From the NCBI GenBank assembly GCA_964057225.1, contig OZ059896.1, positions 8,556,001-8,620,000 of the forward strand: a stretch of 64,000 bases of DNA, read 5' to 3'. Below the pieces are notes generated by a model that made no database searches, was not told where the DNA came from, and was given only the letters and a program-made list of their open reading frames with translations. The stretch comes from Auanema rhodensis (taxonomy: Eukaryota; Animalia; Nematoda). This document shows, piece by piece, positions 1 to 14,567 of this stretch; positions within the stretch are counted from its first letter, which is position 1, and each line of letters starts with the position of its first letter. The position numbers and the translations under genes were made by a program.

Positions 1-3000
1 ATTCTACTAGCACAAGAATTTGATCATATGAGCCTGTCTTAACTGGACAGCTTAACCTGCATTTTAAAAAATGTATTAAATATCTTATTTGACACCTATT
101 TGTCTATCATAGCACTTTTCTACATCATTCCAAATGTATTACTACTTTGTATATTCTCTAGGGTTGTGGAATTTCCTCTCCTCCTCTGTGTCTATTTCTA
201 TGCACTGCCCCTTCCAGCTCACTTCAGTCATTTCCTTCGTCCATAGACTCTGAAGAGACAACCATCCTCTGCTGCAGAAGACTGCATCAGCGGCCCTGAG
301 GTCCGTCCGTCGTCTTCTGCTTCGCCTCTGCTTGCCTGGCGTCTGCCATCGATTGTAGACTCTCCCCTTCTTCTCTATTCGCTTCTCCTTTACTGTGGTA
401 CCAGAGCATCACTAAAGTATTAGTTTTATTGAACATTTTATCTATTTCAAACGTTTGCTTCAATTGTAGCTTGTATGCCTTCAAACCCTTTTAAATATCC
501 AAATTTTTATGACGCTTACTATTCAGTAATAAAGTTGTTGTGTATATTTTTCTCTGAACAGGCTTCCTGTCTCTCTATTTTCTTCAAATTACCAACCAAC
601 CATCTAAATTCTTAATCTGAAGTAGTAGCCGATCAATTTTTGGAAGCATATTTGAGAATCCATAGTATGCGATGGATTATAACAAAATGACCTCACCGTA
701 TTAGCCAAAGAAATGAGATGCTCGTCATTCATTTCAATTTGATAGCTTGCAGTTTTGTAACCTTTGACCTTAATATCTGAATCAATTATTTAATATATCG
801 GCTAGGTAATTTTTTTGCTGCTTCCTAGCAGCAGATGTGTCTAATGAAGCGGATAAAGTGGTTTTTACTACTGAATACTGCATAGGTTAATCATCGTGGA
901 TTATTATTAGCGTATTAGGCTCACCTACTATGAGTCATGTGAGTAGCAATTTAACCCACTTCAATAGGATGTTTAGAGGCGGCTGTCCTCACGATTTTTG
1001 TTAAATTCAATGTTTAACATGAACTTCCTTATGACGTGCCAGCTTGTCTTTTTCATGTTTTCTTATGAAATTGTGATGTAAATGGTGCTCAAAAGAATAA
1101 AAAGCTTTAAGATTACACCATCTATCATTCTATCTCAAGCGCTTATCCTTCTACTATACAGCCAAAATATTATATATGCGCATTAAATGACTTAACAGCC
1201 AATTCTCATAGCATAGTCACTCATGAAGCCGTATTGATGCCCATCTCGAATAACTAATTTCTATTTGTGAACTATACTTTATACTTTTCTGATGTTTTGT
1301 TCATGAAAAAGGAACAGGAAATTATTAGAAAAGATTGTTTCCTCTCTTCTCATAAGAAAAATTTATTTCATATGTTCTAAACTTATCGACTGCTGCTTTT
1401 ATTATATATAGTTATTCTTAGGAATAGAATTTAAGCCAATCATTGTCAGAATATTAATGGATTATATGTATATAGATAAACTATTTTTGTTTTATTGATT
1501 ATGCATACTCATCATCTATTTATAGTTTTTTTTTAAATATCTACCAAAAATAATTCCAATTGAATTTTGGCCAATTTGAAGTTAACAACGATTTTCAACT
1601 ATATCATTCTGTGAAAATGTTTTATTTTATTTTTAATCAGTATGCATTCGCTATTGAGCTGACAAAAACATGCCATTTGAATGTTTTGATTATTGGTAAT
1701 GTTATAAAGTTTTGATAGAAAAAGTCATTTGAAATACTTTATTCAAAGTTCAATGCAGTTTCCTATTAAAATCTGTTCGATAAACTTCATCATTGTATGT
1801 GAAATAGTCTGCATTGAACTAAAAAATATATGAAAAAATCTGCTTTCACTGAGTTTTATGTATTAAGTGTTAGTTCATGTACAACGATCTGCTGCTCTCC
1901 TATCAGATTTCTGTCATCATATAGACTATTTTTCATTTCTTTTCAAACTTTTTTTCTTTCAAATAAGTTTTTTGATAGTATATTCGTTGTGTGTTGAATC
2001 ATTATGTCTAACCTCGCATTTTAAATTGGAAGTCTTTTCATGATGAAGACATTTATCGACTAAGACTTTTAAGACAAGTTTACCTAATTCAACAATAGCT
2101 GGAATTATAAGGATAACAGCCCGATGTGTGACAGCAACGTTCACATTTATTTTCTTTCGATTTCTTCTTACTATCTTTCAATATCTTTTGACATATCAAT
2201 TTCATTCTTAGAAATTTGTCTTTCAATTCACTCTAATCTATGTATATGCATATATATATGCAAGTTTTCTTTAGTTGTACATACATACATATATCACCAT
2301 TTACTTTTTTTCTTCTTCGAAAATGAGGACTATACATTAGCTAAACTAATCCTTTCAAAAGGATTTAGCATTGTCAGACTTAAAGAGTCTGTTTTGGTTT
2401 TTGTGTATAGTATGTTTGGTCTCGAATGTTCGGAATCCAATAGTACAATTTCTAAGCTATTAAGTAATTGTGGCAAGTGAGCGGAAAGCGATCGAGCTAC
2501 TGGCATATTCAGTCGTCCAATTTGATCTCATGAAATTAGTAATTTGAAGTATGCATCTATTTGAAGATGTTAATATCGAATTGGCTTTCTTTCTTTCCTT
2601 CTTTCCTATTTGTGTAAGATTCCGCTTGCAATCCGTGACTTCTGTCCACTTGAAATATTGAGAAACGTGAAAGCAAAAAATGGATGATCAAATTATTTCC
2701 ACTTATGCGATCAATTGTTTCAGATAATCTAATGCAATTTAATAATACACCAACAGTTTTTGCTTTTACTCAATGTACTATACATGAATTCATATTTTAT
2801 ATTTTGTGTATTGCACATTCCAAATAGCTCTAAGCATTTGCATTATTATCGAACCCTAAGAAAAATGTAATAGGCTATTGTCCATGTCGTACAATTTTTT
2901 GTTGGCATTAGAGAGGGTGGTTATATACTAAAGCCATCAAGTGATGTAGAAGGAATAACTGGTTGTGAGTGATTTGAACTAATGTCAAAAACTTCATATT

Positions 3001-6000
3001 ATATTTCTTTCAACAGTTGCAACCACTTTTGTTCCTTCTATAGCAGATCACAATTTCTCTCATATAATTGATTTTTTCTTTAATCTCGTTCACCTGAAGA
3101 TGATTCGGAACATATCTTCTGGATTGCGGTAATTTTTGCTCGATAGCCTTTTCATTGTTTTTCTTTGATCGTTATCCGTTTGCTCCGCTAATCGAGATGT
3201 CATTGTTCCTCACCGTTTTCGTGTTGAAGATGAGATAAACGGTTGTGCATCTGTCCTTTCCTGTGCACGTGAATATCTCAAAAAGTTGTTTCTTTAACAC
3301 TTTTTGACGTCGTTTTACAGATAATTCTTCTAATATTCTAATGATTATCTTTACATAATAGTTTTCACGTGAACCTTACGCCATTGCTGTTAATGAAATG
3401 ACGCAAACCGGTTGTTGATCTCAAAATTTAGTTAAATTCAAAATTCGAAATTTATATATTCAGTTATTTCTTTTTTTATCTCTCTTAACGTTTTTGCGCA
3501 TATTTATTGTAATTATCTTCGCATTTTAAAGATTTATTTATGACCTTAATCTAAGAGGCTCGAAAGTACAAATTATAAGACTGAGTAGAATAATAGAAGT
3601 AACACTGGTTGTCGATCTGCTCTGTTAAAGACTCAACGTTATTCCTGCCATCAGAAACATGCTATGAACCTGTTTCTATCATCACTAGTATCTCTTCTAT
3701 TCCCTTTTTATATGCAGATATCCAAATGTTAGCTATTTTTGTTATTTTTCCAGATTGACATGAATTTCAGCAGTTAAATATTCAATTATTCTTTTCAATG
3801 TAACATAATTCATTTTTAACCTTGTGTGGAATAGTGAAAGTGGTGGAATTAGAGGAGGAGGGAACTATGAATCATACTTTTAAGATTTTTTTTTTGAGTT
3901 TAGTCATGCGAACACTATTTGATCCCTGATGTAACTGTTTATATTTTATTAGTTTATATCATTTTATTTTATCACGAGGCTTGTTCAAGAGCTAGGTAGA
4001 TCATCTGACATATCGCTGGTTAGATCAAGCCGTTCGGCGTAAAACGATACTGTTTTCCACTTTTCAACCTGCTGTTGATGCGCCTCGTTTATGATACGGG
4101 TTCAGTGCTTATTTCTCTTCTTTCGACGGTTTAGATAATGAGTGAATTTTGACGATTGTTAACTTTGACAATGGATTTTCTATTTTGTTCTGATTAACGT
4201 TGATAAGAATTTTCTATCGAGAATGCTCTGTGTAAAAAGATTGCTCTTTACGAAGATTGCTAAGACTTTTTGAAAAGACTACTTACTAATTCTGGATCAA
4301 ATGATGAAAGGTAAATCGTTTAACTATTTCTTAACCGTTTTGTATATTATATATACTTGCATTGATAATATTTCCCTTAGCAATTTTCAAATTCGTCAAT
4401 TCCCGTTCGTGAAAAAGTTTTCTTAGGCGGTCATATATACCACATTGTTGTAAAAGTTTTCCCGTTTGACAAGAAACTCTTAATTATATTTTCATTTCAT
4501 TGGCTGTTTAAAAGCTATAATTTCTAAATTAATTTAATTAATCTTGTGTTCACTTTAAATCCAACGTTTGCTTGTTTCCACGTGCCTGCTTCTTTCGAGC
4601 AATGGAAATGCTAAATTGAAAACTTATCATTCAAGAATTATGACCCTGAGAGACAGCAAATATTGCCAAGTTGATCTTAAGCTTTTCGATAGATAGTTCT
4701 CATAAATAACATCACGTTATGTATGAATCAGGTTTCCATTCCGCCTTCACTCCTTTTTTAATGTATTGATTTAAAATTGTAAAGAGCATTTGATCAAAAG
4801 ATAGGCTTTATCATTTATTCCACCCGAGCAACTTTTCAGCTTCTCCAAAACTGACAATCGAATTGCGGGTAGAAAAAACAATATTTTTGTACGATGTTGT
4901 TAAACACAATATATCGCTTGTAAGATAATGCTAACATTTATTACCTGAAATTATCATTGATAAGAGTTTGAGCTTATGCTCTCAATTCTTGCAATCATTT
5001 ATCATTGGTGTAACTTTATGAAAATTACATTATACTATCCAATCATTGCATAATTGATTTTCTATTATATATGAATGAAGGTAATATATTCTTCTGGATC
5101 ATCTTTCTTTTGTTATTATCTCGTCATCTTCTTTCTGACCAATTCTCTTTCCGTTTAAGGCCACACCTTCAATATTTTATATAGTATTCATATCTATTAC
5201 CTTTTTTTCGGTTGATATGGGTATCGATTATCAAACGAATTCCTTTCTTGAGAACAAATATTTTATAATTGGTTCAATTTTCTTTTCCATTGTCATGCCG
5301 TCATATGAATGGCAAACCTGATCCTCTTAGGCTTGGACAAAGTTTCTATTTTCTATTGCTAACTTCATTGATTTCTCTATTTCATCTGTTAGTACATTAG
5401 GGGTCGTTTTCATCTGTTTTTTTCGGGTACCCTGTTTGTCCTTTCAAACAAAGGACCTGTTTTTCATCTTGCAAGATAATCGAACTGACAATCTATATAT
5501 GTTATATCATATATGTAATATTAGTAAAAACTTGGCATTTTAAATTTTGTGTGTTTGCTGAACATTTTTAATGCCAATCTATAACATTTATAGTTTCAAA
5601 TAAAAAATTGAAATACAGTTCTTGTCTCATTCTTACAATTGCCGATATTGTTTTAACAAACCTGTATTAGTCTCAATTACGTATCTTAAAGTACATTGAA
5701 TGCAAATGTTGCATTTGCCATACTTCACATAAACGTTATTGCATTTTCTTAATGTATTTGTTGTGTTGAATGAAAGCATTTTATTCTGTATGTAGTAGAC
5801 GATGAAACAACTCTTCTAATAGTCTGTTTGGCTCGGATATCCTTTACAGCCGTGTTCATCTGTATCGGGTTCTTTGAAAGATATTTACTATGGTTAGAGT
5901 CGACATATCCTAACTAATTTGCCATTCTTCTTAATGATTGAATAGATTATTCTCTCACATGTATGTCCTCGATCATGCCAGTCCATTTGCATATTAACTC

Positions 6001-9000
6001 TATTGTCAATTTCGGTCATCATAGATGTGTACTAATGTTTGTAGACCTTTTACTTTTGCCGCCCTTATAATTACTTATTTTGAAATGATTTTTTCTTTCA
6101 AACTATATATTTCACTAATATATTTGTTGTTGACCTCATAATACTTAGTTTATTAGTAATCTAACAACATATTACTTTACACAAGAGGTTCTTCAGTTTT
6201 CGTTTCTTATTACGTCATAATCAATACGGTTATTGTATTTCATATGTATATGTATCGGAGATACTACTATCTTTAGTCGAATTACTTGTGAATTATGGTT
6301 TTATTTATATTCTATTGGACCGTGATCAATAGAATTTGTTATTTGTTTTCATTTCTTTATTTTCTGCAGCAAAAAATCTCCTAGATTTTTCCCACAATTG
6401 ATTTACTGTTCTACGGATTCTTATGAGATTCTAGATTTCCGTCCCCCCCATCGCACGTTAGGCAACTGTTTGTATTCTATGATTCGTAATCATAATATCA
6501 CGTCTGTTTAATAGTGGAGGCTAAGTGTTTAGAAGAACAATAGAACCACAGCAGATGCACTCTTATACTTGCTCTCTGTTAGGCGTTCATATTGCTAGTG
6601 TTATACATCTGATGAAAGAATAACTATTTATAATCGTATCTATATTACTTTTATTTTTGCCCTAGAACTCTGAATGCACTCCTTGTTCTTGTTTTCTGAT
6701 CGTCCAGTACAACCGAATCTTTTCCGGCTGGCCCTTTGCTTGATCCAATATCGATTTTCTTTGGTTATCCCTTCGCTCGCTATCCAGGATGTGTATGTGT
6801 CTGAGATGCTACTTGGTCCTCAACACCAGTTGCTTTTCTTTTTTCCTCACTATAGTTGCAATATGAGGCTAATATATATCCTTCTACTCTTTATGTTATT
6901 TGATAACGAACAACTTGAATGTAAAACTTCTCTGACATTTTCTTGTCTTTGTTTCAAGCATTGAGGTTAAAGTAAGGTTAGGCTAGTAAAATGAAGTTGT
7001 ATGATTGAAAACTTTCAAACTTTCTTTCCGTTGACCCCGATGCCTCTTCCTTTTTCGATATCTAAAAGAATATTGACCCTGAGGACAATTCGCGTTGTCT
7101 ATTTTCACTCAATTTTTCATCGAAACTCTATTAACTTGAAAAAAAGAGGTATCTTATTTAATTCGTTCTTATTTTCTCAGCAGTCTCTTAATCAATTTTG
7201 TAGACATTGAGTAATTTGTTAAAAGCTTAATGTTACATATTTGGATGGTTTGGTGTGTTTTCGTTGTATCTACATCCTCACAATTGCCAATTGTTTTCAT
7301 TTTCTCTGAGCGACTATACGTATAAGTGTCACCTTGAAAGAGAAAGGCTGCATCCTTGCTGTAGTCGGACTGTCATCACCTTTGTGACTGTTACAACACT
7401 CCAGCCTGTAGTTTCACTGAAACTTGCCCATGTCTTTGACTATTCATGTGACATGCCGTCATTTTATTTCGAGTCTTTAATACAAGGAGGACTATTTTCT
7501 ACATTTCTGCATTTGTTGGAATCGAAATATTTGATCTATAATTGGTTTTGAACTGAAATGTTACTAGGAGCAAACCCTAATTGAGGCTCGTTTGACGACC
7601 TCACTTTCTATTGTGTTTGTTTACCAGTATGTAATCTTTCAGTGACTATTCAAACACATTATTTTTTTTCAACTGAAATACACGGATAAATATCCTCAAT
7701 TGATAGTGATAGTTTCAATTTCCTCATTATTTTCTTTAATAAATTTGATCTTTATTTCTGAGTCTGTTCTGTTCGTCTTACAGTTGATCATAACCGGTTT
7801 GGTAAACAACATGAAGAATTCTTTTAAATAGTTCTAACAAGCTATTGATCTACTTTGGTCATCTGAGATTTCTTTTCCTCAGTCCAATTTTCTGACACGT
7901 AGTTATTTTGCTGTGTTCTTAGAATTTTCAAGTTCTGTTGATTTATGTATTACTATGTATTTTCAAAACGATTTTTAATGTTTATAATTCAACTAGCTTT
8001 TTTCTTTTTTTCGCTTACTAGTCCTGTTTTCTAATCAAACTTTTCGATCATCAGTTAATTTTTATGGTACGATTCAGGCATTTTCCTTCTTGTACAATCA
8101 CTAGTGAACCATTGTTCTCTAACCAAACAATATATATTGAGGATTTGTCCAGAATATTCTTCATCTGTTATTTAGACTGACTATTATGATAATGCATTGA
8201 TGTCAGATATTAGTATTCGTAATACAGTGTTGAAAACCGCTTAAATTTTTTTGACTTTTCATCACTTTTAGATCATCATTTTCCATTTTTCACTGATTTA
8301 TATATGATGATACTCATTTTGCAATGCTTCAAATTTAAAATTTATTAATACAAACATACCAAGACCGTTTTCATATCGAGTAATTAAATGTCTAATCACT
8401 GAAATTCCTGACTACTTTCCATCAAATAACAGCTCTCTCTTATCAGGATAAACCCTGTAGGAGTTCGACCTTTATCGCATTTTTGATGCACTTACTTATC
8501 AATCATTTTTGTGCAATCAAAAACACAACGAAACTAGTCACTTTGTTTCCTATTGGGCTATTTCTTTTGTTCACTTTCCTAGAAAATAGGAATTCCTCAA
8601 ATGACTAAAATTGTACCAGATTATGGATCTACTTGTAAGTTCTTTTCTAAATTGCATATGAATTTCTTCTCTTTATGAGACTCTATCCAATGATAATATA
8701 ATAGACATTATGAAAATATGATATATCACCTTTTGGTCTGTCAGAGTTACTATTGTATTATAAGTTCAAAACATGTAAAAGGATTATGTTGGCAGACCCA
8801 ATCAATCAGATGTCGAATTTGAAATATGATAATTATTTCCAATATTGTTTTAAATACTTTATGTTGTGAAATTCAGTGTGAAATCATTTCATTTTCGAAC
8901 ATTATGTAAATGGAAGACCTGTTTGATTTTTCAATTTGTTCATATGTTTCCTAATAACTTCATGACCTGTCTACTTCCTTATTTAAAAAAAGTATGATAA

Positions 9001-9127
9001 TGCTTTAGACAGCATTTTTTTCCATTTCTAACTAACACAATTACATTTTTTTAAATGCGCGCTGATTGATTTATAAAACAGTTGAAGAGTTTTGAAAAGT
9101 AAGCTTATTGTTATATATATTTCAGCC

Positions 9128-10649
9128 ATGGACGACGACGCCGCAGGGTCGTCGTCTCGTGATATTGTGGCGTCCAGACGTGTCTGCGGAAGTGCCGCTT
9201 CTTCGGCTAGTGATAGTGATACAGCAGATGATGCTCCGCTTCTTCGAGGTATGATTGAGACTTTACTGCATTTTTATCATTTTGACATGAAGTCCTGTAG
9301 CTCACTTTTTTTTTGCAGCAGCGAGTCGGGTTCGAATTGACATGCCCGGCGAGAAACCAGCATCTCCTCATGATAGGTTTCCAAAAGAGCATGGAAAGGC
9401 TGTGGTGAGTAATAAGGATTTAAAGAATAATAAAAGATTCTAAAATTATATTTCTTAATATATTCTTAATATTCAGATATCAGTTGTGATGCTCCTCTTC
9501 GCAGCAGTCCTCAACGATATAGTTTTAAGTTTCGTCCATGAAAACGTGCCTGAAGCTCCCCCATTACCAGACATCACTTTTTCTCATATTCCCTATTACG
9601 CTAAAGGGTTGGAAATTTGCGAATATATAATGATTACATCTTTTATTTCTGTCATTTTATTAATGTTTTTTCATAGGTAAGCTTTTTTTTTTTTTTGGAA
9701 TTTACATTTTGTTATAGACATCGTTGGATTATGCTTCGACGTTTGATGGTTCTTGGCGCTTTGCTCTATTTAATGAGATGTGTGACAATGATTGTCACTC
9801 AAGTGCCTGTTGCTGATCCTAACTTTTACTGTTCACCAAAATTAGTAAGTTCACGTTCTTAATTAATAAGTTCAAAATTTTACATTTTGAAACATCGGGT
9901 TTCATATACGGTAGCTTGAGGGCGCAAGCTCATATTGCGTATCAGGAACACTTTTTGCTTGTGACGCTAAACCATTATATTCACCTTTCTATATTTTTAA
10001 TTTTTTTTTATTGAAAAATTCTAGTTGAAAATAGTAAATAGAAATAATTAAATGAATTTTAGGGAGAAAATGCAACGGTTTGGCGTATTGTTGTCCGAGG
10101 ACTCAAAATGGTTGCTGGTGTTGGGCTAAATGTTCAAGGGAAGAACACACTATGTGGTGATTACATTTATTCTGGGCATACAATTGTTCTGGTCATCAGT
10201 GCTTTGTTTATAACAGAATGTAAGTTAATTAGTTTTTCAATTTTTAACATCTTTGATAATTTAGATTCCCCAAAAAGATGGTGGATAATGCATGCAGCTT
10301 CATGGATTGCCGCTGCTGCAGGAGTGATTTTCCTAGTAGTATCACGTGGCCACTATACCTTAGATGTCATTTTATCTTACTATGTAGTTACTAGAATATT
10401 TTGGAATTATCATACACTAGCAGCACATCCTACACTTCGGGTAAATATTTTTTTAAACAATGTTTTAATATGTTTTATTTGCAGAGTTCCCAACACAACC
10501 ATCACCGGAAGGAATATTGGTATTACTTATTCGGCTTTATGGAACGTGAAATTCAGAAGCCAGTTCCTCGTAGATTTGACTTTCCTGTTCCGATAGACAA
10601 TATTCGATCTTTCTTCCGTCGTCGAACAGTTAACTCTCGTATTGAGTAG
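9128..10649 (+). CDS. Sphingomyelin synthase (SMS family), about 7 coding exons
   Basis: Spliced translation MDDDAAG...RFPKEHGKAV...PPLPDITF...CGDYIYSGHT...SRGHYTLDV...RIFWNYH. It contains the SMS motifs PLPD, CGDxxxSGHT and HYTxDV. GT-AG introns restore frame. TTTCAG lies 2 nt before the ATG, so further upstream exons are possible. Confidence 0.93.
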
Positions 10650-11448
10650 AATCGCCAGGCTTCCATTTGTTTTAGATTTAAAGATAAGATGTAATTGAAC
10701 TCGTATTTCCTCTAGATTGAAAACAGGGAAAGAGTAGAGTACTAAAATGTTTGGTCTACATTTTCCCAATTTTCTATTCTTAGGTTGCTCAAACTAGCTT
10801 TCTTGTCAGCAGCCGGTCTCATTTAAATTTTCTGTTTCGAACATCACTTAATTTCTAAAGTTTCCAGGTCATTTAACCTTCTTCTTTGTTTTTTTTCATA
10901 TTATGATTCTTTTCTGACAAGATTAATTTTATGAAAAGCTAATCTTTTTTTTTCAAATTTTATTGAGACCTACCTTTCTCACCTTTTACGGGCTTTTAAC
11001 TCACATTATTTCGATTTGATTTTGTACATTTTCTTCTCAGAGAGAAAGCTTTTATCTTATATTCTTAACAATTTTTTCTAGGTTCGAAATGGCTCGAAAT
11101 CCAAATGATTCTTAATATTGTTCCTAGTGCCCCTTTTCCACTAAAACGAGTTTGCCTTTTTCACAGTATTTTCTTTTTATAATCAGTCTTACGTTTTGCT
11201 CAGCTTGTCGACTTAAATTGTACTGTACATTTAATAGATTTCTACTTTGTTACGATTTTTCTTTCTCAGATTTCGCTTGCCATCTAATTTGTTTGTACAG
11301 ATTCTTGCCTTTACGGATATTTTTTCTATTTTTTTTAAAACTGATTCGCATAAACGTTTCTTGATTATTGATATTCAGTGTAAATTGGTAAAATGGCTTT
11401 GGAATATTTTGTTAATATAGTATGCATGTTGCACGAGCTTTGTAGAAA

Positions 11449-13075
11449 ATGATAAGAGATTTGGATAATGTATTCCGGGGTCGAGAAGAGGATGGTGCCG
11501 AAATGGTCACTGAAGAATGGCTTCTCAAGGAAATAATGTTTCTCGTTAAGCTATTGAAGCGTAAATATCCTCCATGCTACTTCAAAAATTGTTTGTGAAC
11601 AAGCGACTGATTTTTTTAAAAGTCATTAATAGGTGGACCATACGGCGGACTTTCCGGTATATGTTTCGGTTTAGTCAAATCAGAGATGTACTTACCACCT
11701 GAGACTCGTGAAATGCTTGAAAGATTTTTTGTCGCAGCAATGAAAGAAGGGACAGGTTTGTGTATTGTTTTTATATATCAAATACATTCCTCGATATAAT
11801 CAGAGAGCACTTACCGCCGCATATCATATTTTAATGGGTACTTGGGCACTCTTACGGCCTATGCCCATGCTCGAGAAGCTGATATAGATAGAATTCAAGC
11901 AGAGTTTGAGGACCTGGGAAAAGTTTTTGCACATGTAATGAATCACAAATTTGTAGTTATATACATTCGTTTAAATTACAGGAAGCATTTGATTGTAATG
12001 AAATGTTTCATGGAAGGGCAGGATTTTTACAAGGAGTGAAAGCTATCGAGTATATTTTTCATTACATAATATGCATATTGATTTTTTTTTCTCCAGGAAA
12101 GCCACTGGTCGTTTGGTTGTTACAAATGAGCTTTTGAAACAGGTTATTGCATTGACTATCCGGGATGGTAGAAAGTACTTAATTCTTTATTTCTATTTAT
12201 ATTAATGTTGCTTGTTAATAATCTTAATTACTAATTCATTATCTTACGATGCTGTTTTCTAGTACAAGATCTGAGTCTCCACTTATGTATGCTTGGCATG
12301 AAAAGGAATACTTAGGATTTGCTCATGGTCTTGCAGGAATACTGTGTGCTCTGTTCAGGTGCTCTTTCTCCGTAATCGTCAACTTTTTATTTTTAGTCAC
12401 TTTGATTTGTTAACTACTGAGCAAATACAACTGATTCGAAGATCCGGTGATTGGCTATTGAGTGTTCAAGATGAACATGGTAATTTTCCAACTACAATGA
12501 AACATTTAGAAACGTAAGCGCTTGTAATCAAGTTTATTTAAAATATTTTGGAAAGTTTCAGTCCAAAAAAAGAACCACTTATTCAATGGTGTCATGGAGC
12601 TGCAGGAGTAATTTATGTTGCTTTCTTTATGTATCATCATTTCCAAGATGAATCTTATTTGGAAGTACGCAATATCAAATATTGGTATTGATACTGTATC
12701 ATTGTATTTTGTAGATTGCTCTTAAAGCTGGCGAGGCTATTTGGAAGCACGGCGTTTTGAGGAAAGGGGCTGGACTTTGCCATGGTATTTCTGGAAATGG
12801 TATTCAAAAAAATATTTAATACATTTTGAATTGTTCATTAAGCATACTCATTCATTTACTTATGGAGAATAACCAAGGACGAGAAGTGGCTTTGCCGTGC
12901 TAAATGCTTTGCATTGTTAATGATGGATCCTACAGTTATTCAAGAACAGTCTATCATTGATGTCGAGGAATTTACTTTATTTGAAGGATTCTCTGGAGCT
13001 TTATGCTTGCTTATAGACTTGCAAGACACCAATTTGGCTACGGCACAATTCCCTCTCACACCAATGCCATTTTAA
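11449..13075 (+). CDS. LanC-like protein (eukaryotic LANCL family), multi-exon
   Basis: Spliced translation contains YLGFAHGLAGI, QWCHGAAG and LRKGAGLCHGISGN, which are the LanC zinc-binding motifs (GxAHG, WCHG, CHG). Ends FPLTPMPF*. Start MIRDLDNVF...VTEEWL is inferred. Confidence 0.9.
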
Positions 13076-13169
13076 TCATTTTCTGGTAATAATCACAGTT
13101 CATTACGGATACAATTTGATCATAATTTCCATTTAACATAGACACAATGTTTTAAAAATCACAGTAAGG

Positions 13170-14413
13170 CTAGTTTGTTTCTGATGAAAGTTTGTTACAT
13201 TTGGCTTCATGTTTCTCTTTTACTTGCAATCGAGCAAATGCCTGTTCGCAATTTGCACATCTATAACTTATTAATATTAATTAACTTAATTTCTCAAGTT
13301 TTATACACCAAGTTTTATATTCCGATTGTTCTTACCTGTATCGTTTATTGTTTCCATGCGTTTGTTCATGAGCTCTTAAGTTACTTCTATCTGCAAATTG
13401 TCTACCACATTTCTGACATTTGTATGGCTTTTCTCCTAAATAAATCGATTTTAAAAGCTGTATTTCTTTTTTGAAGCATTGAAGTAAAACTAATGATGCA
13501 CCTGTATGAGTTCGTTGATGACCCTTTAACAGCCAAGGACGACTGAAGCTTTTACCACAGACATTACATATACAGGGAAGTGAGTGCGTGTTGAGATGCA
13601 TTTTAAGAGCTCCTGATGAACTGAAAATCATATTCGTACTTGTTTTTCTCTTCAGAAACTTGGCAAATAACTGATCAGTGATCCATCTAATCATCATCTA
13701 TTCGGTTAGGTGATAAAGAGATTGAGTAGTTTTGATATTCGTCAATGACAGTTGTAATAGATTTTGTGTTTCATCAATCCACACAGCTCTCAATTTCTTT
13801 CTCACATACTTTGTTCCCATCTCTCATTCTTAAGCTTTCTAATTCTCATCTAGTATAATACACTCCCACTTGTGAACAATAAGACACAGGTGTGAGATGA
13901 ATCACAGGTGCCGGTTGGTAAGAGCTTCCGTCAATTAACCTTTATTTTCGGAATGAATGAGTTAAATACTCATATCAATAACAGAATAAAAAAGAAAAAA
14001 CAGTATAAAACTTAAAAAAAAACTTACGTGTAATGCTTTAGGCATATTGGGCATATTTGATCTACTTTACCATCTAGATGTGATTTGACATGACGTCGTA
14101 ATCCATAATAAGTTACATAAGCTTTTTTACAAAATGGACACTGAAATAATTAAATTATTAAGTTTTTATTTTAATTTAAAACAAAAATGTACTTACCCTA
14201 AGTTTGGTTGTGGTTTCTTTAATTGGTGAAATTATTACTTCACTCGTTGATGGCTGATTAGTTGATATTAAATCTTCTATATCTAAAAATATTGTATATA
14301 GATAGTCAATATATGAAAATAATTTATATTTTACTTGTGAATATAGATTTCTTCTTTACCATCGGCGAAGTTTTAACCGTATCCTGACACAAATTATCAG
14401 ATTGCGAGCACAT
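13170..14413 (-). CDS. Snail/Scratch-family C2H2 zinc-finger transcription factor (5 fingers, last one C2HC)
   Basis: Exons give [90 protein letters not shown] and [27 protein letters not shown], SRPWLLxGH and [10 protein letters not shown] are diagnostic of the Snail family. Confidence 0.92.
13886..13910. promoter_or_regulatory. Paired ACAGGTG E-boxes in the long intron of the Snail-family gene
   Basis: ACAGGTG at 13886-13892 and 13904-13910. Function is inferred. Confidence 0.5.
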
Positions 14414-14567
14414 TAAAGTAGCAGCTTCAACAACTTAAAAATTAAAATTACGAATAAATGATGAAATTGAAATGGCTACCTAAAGAAAATTCGACAATAA
14501 TACACAGAATATGAATTGAAAAAAGTTGAAGTCTGGCTGGAAGACAATTTCTCCGGATGTGTTGTGT

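Noticed and set aside
287-484. Short minus-strand ORF in a GC-richer patch
   Set aside because: No recognisable motif and no consistent splice partners. It may be UTR or regulatory sequence.
8453-8472. B-box-like GGAGTTCGACC
   Set aside because: No A box, cloverleaf or downstream structured RNA was found.
10650-11448. SMS-LanCL operon (SL2-type)
   Set aside because: The genes are on the same strand 800 bp apart, but I could not locate the SMS poly(A) site or a clear ~100-nt intercistronic spacing, so it is unsupported from sequence alone.
11449-13075. Lanthipeptide biosynthetic cluster or bacterial horizontal transfer around LanC
   Set aside because: The gene is intron-rich, LANCL proteins are normal in animals, and no dehydratase or precursor peptide gene is evident.
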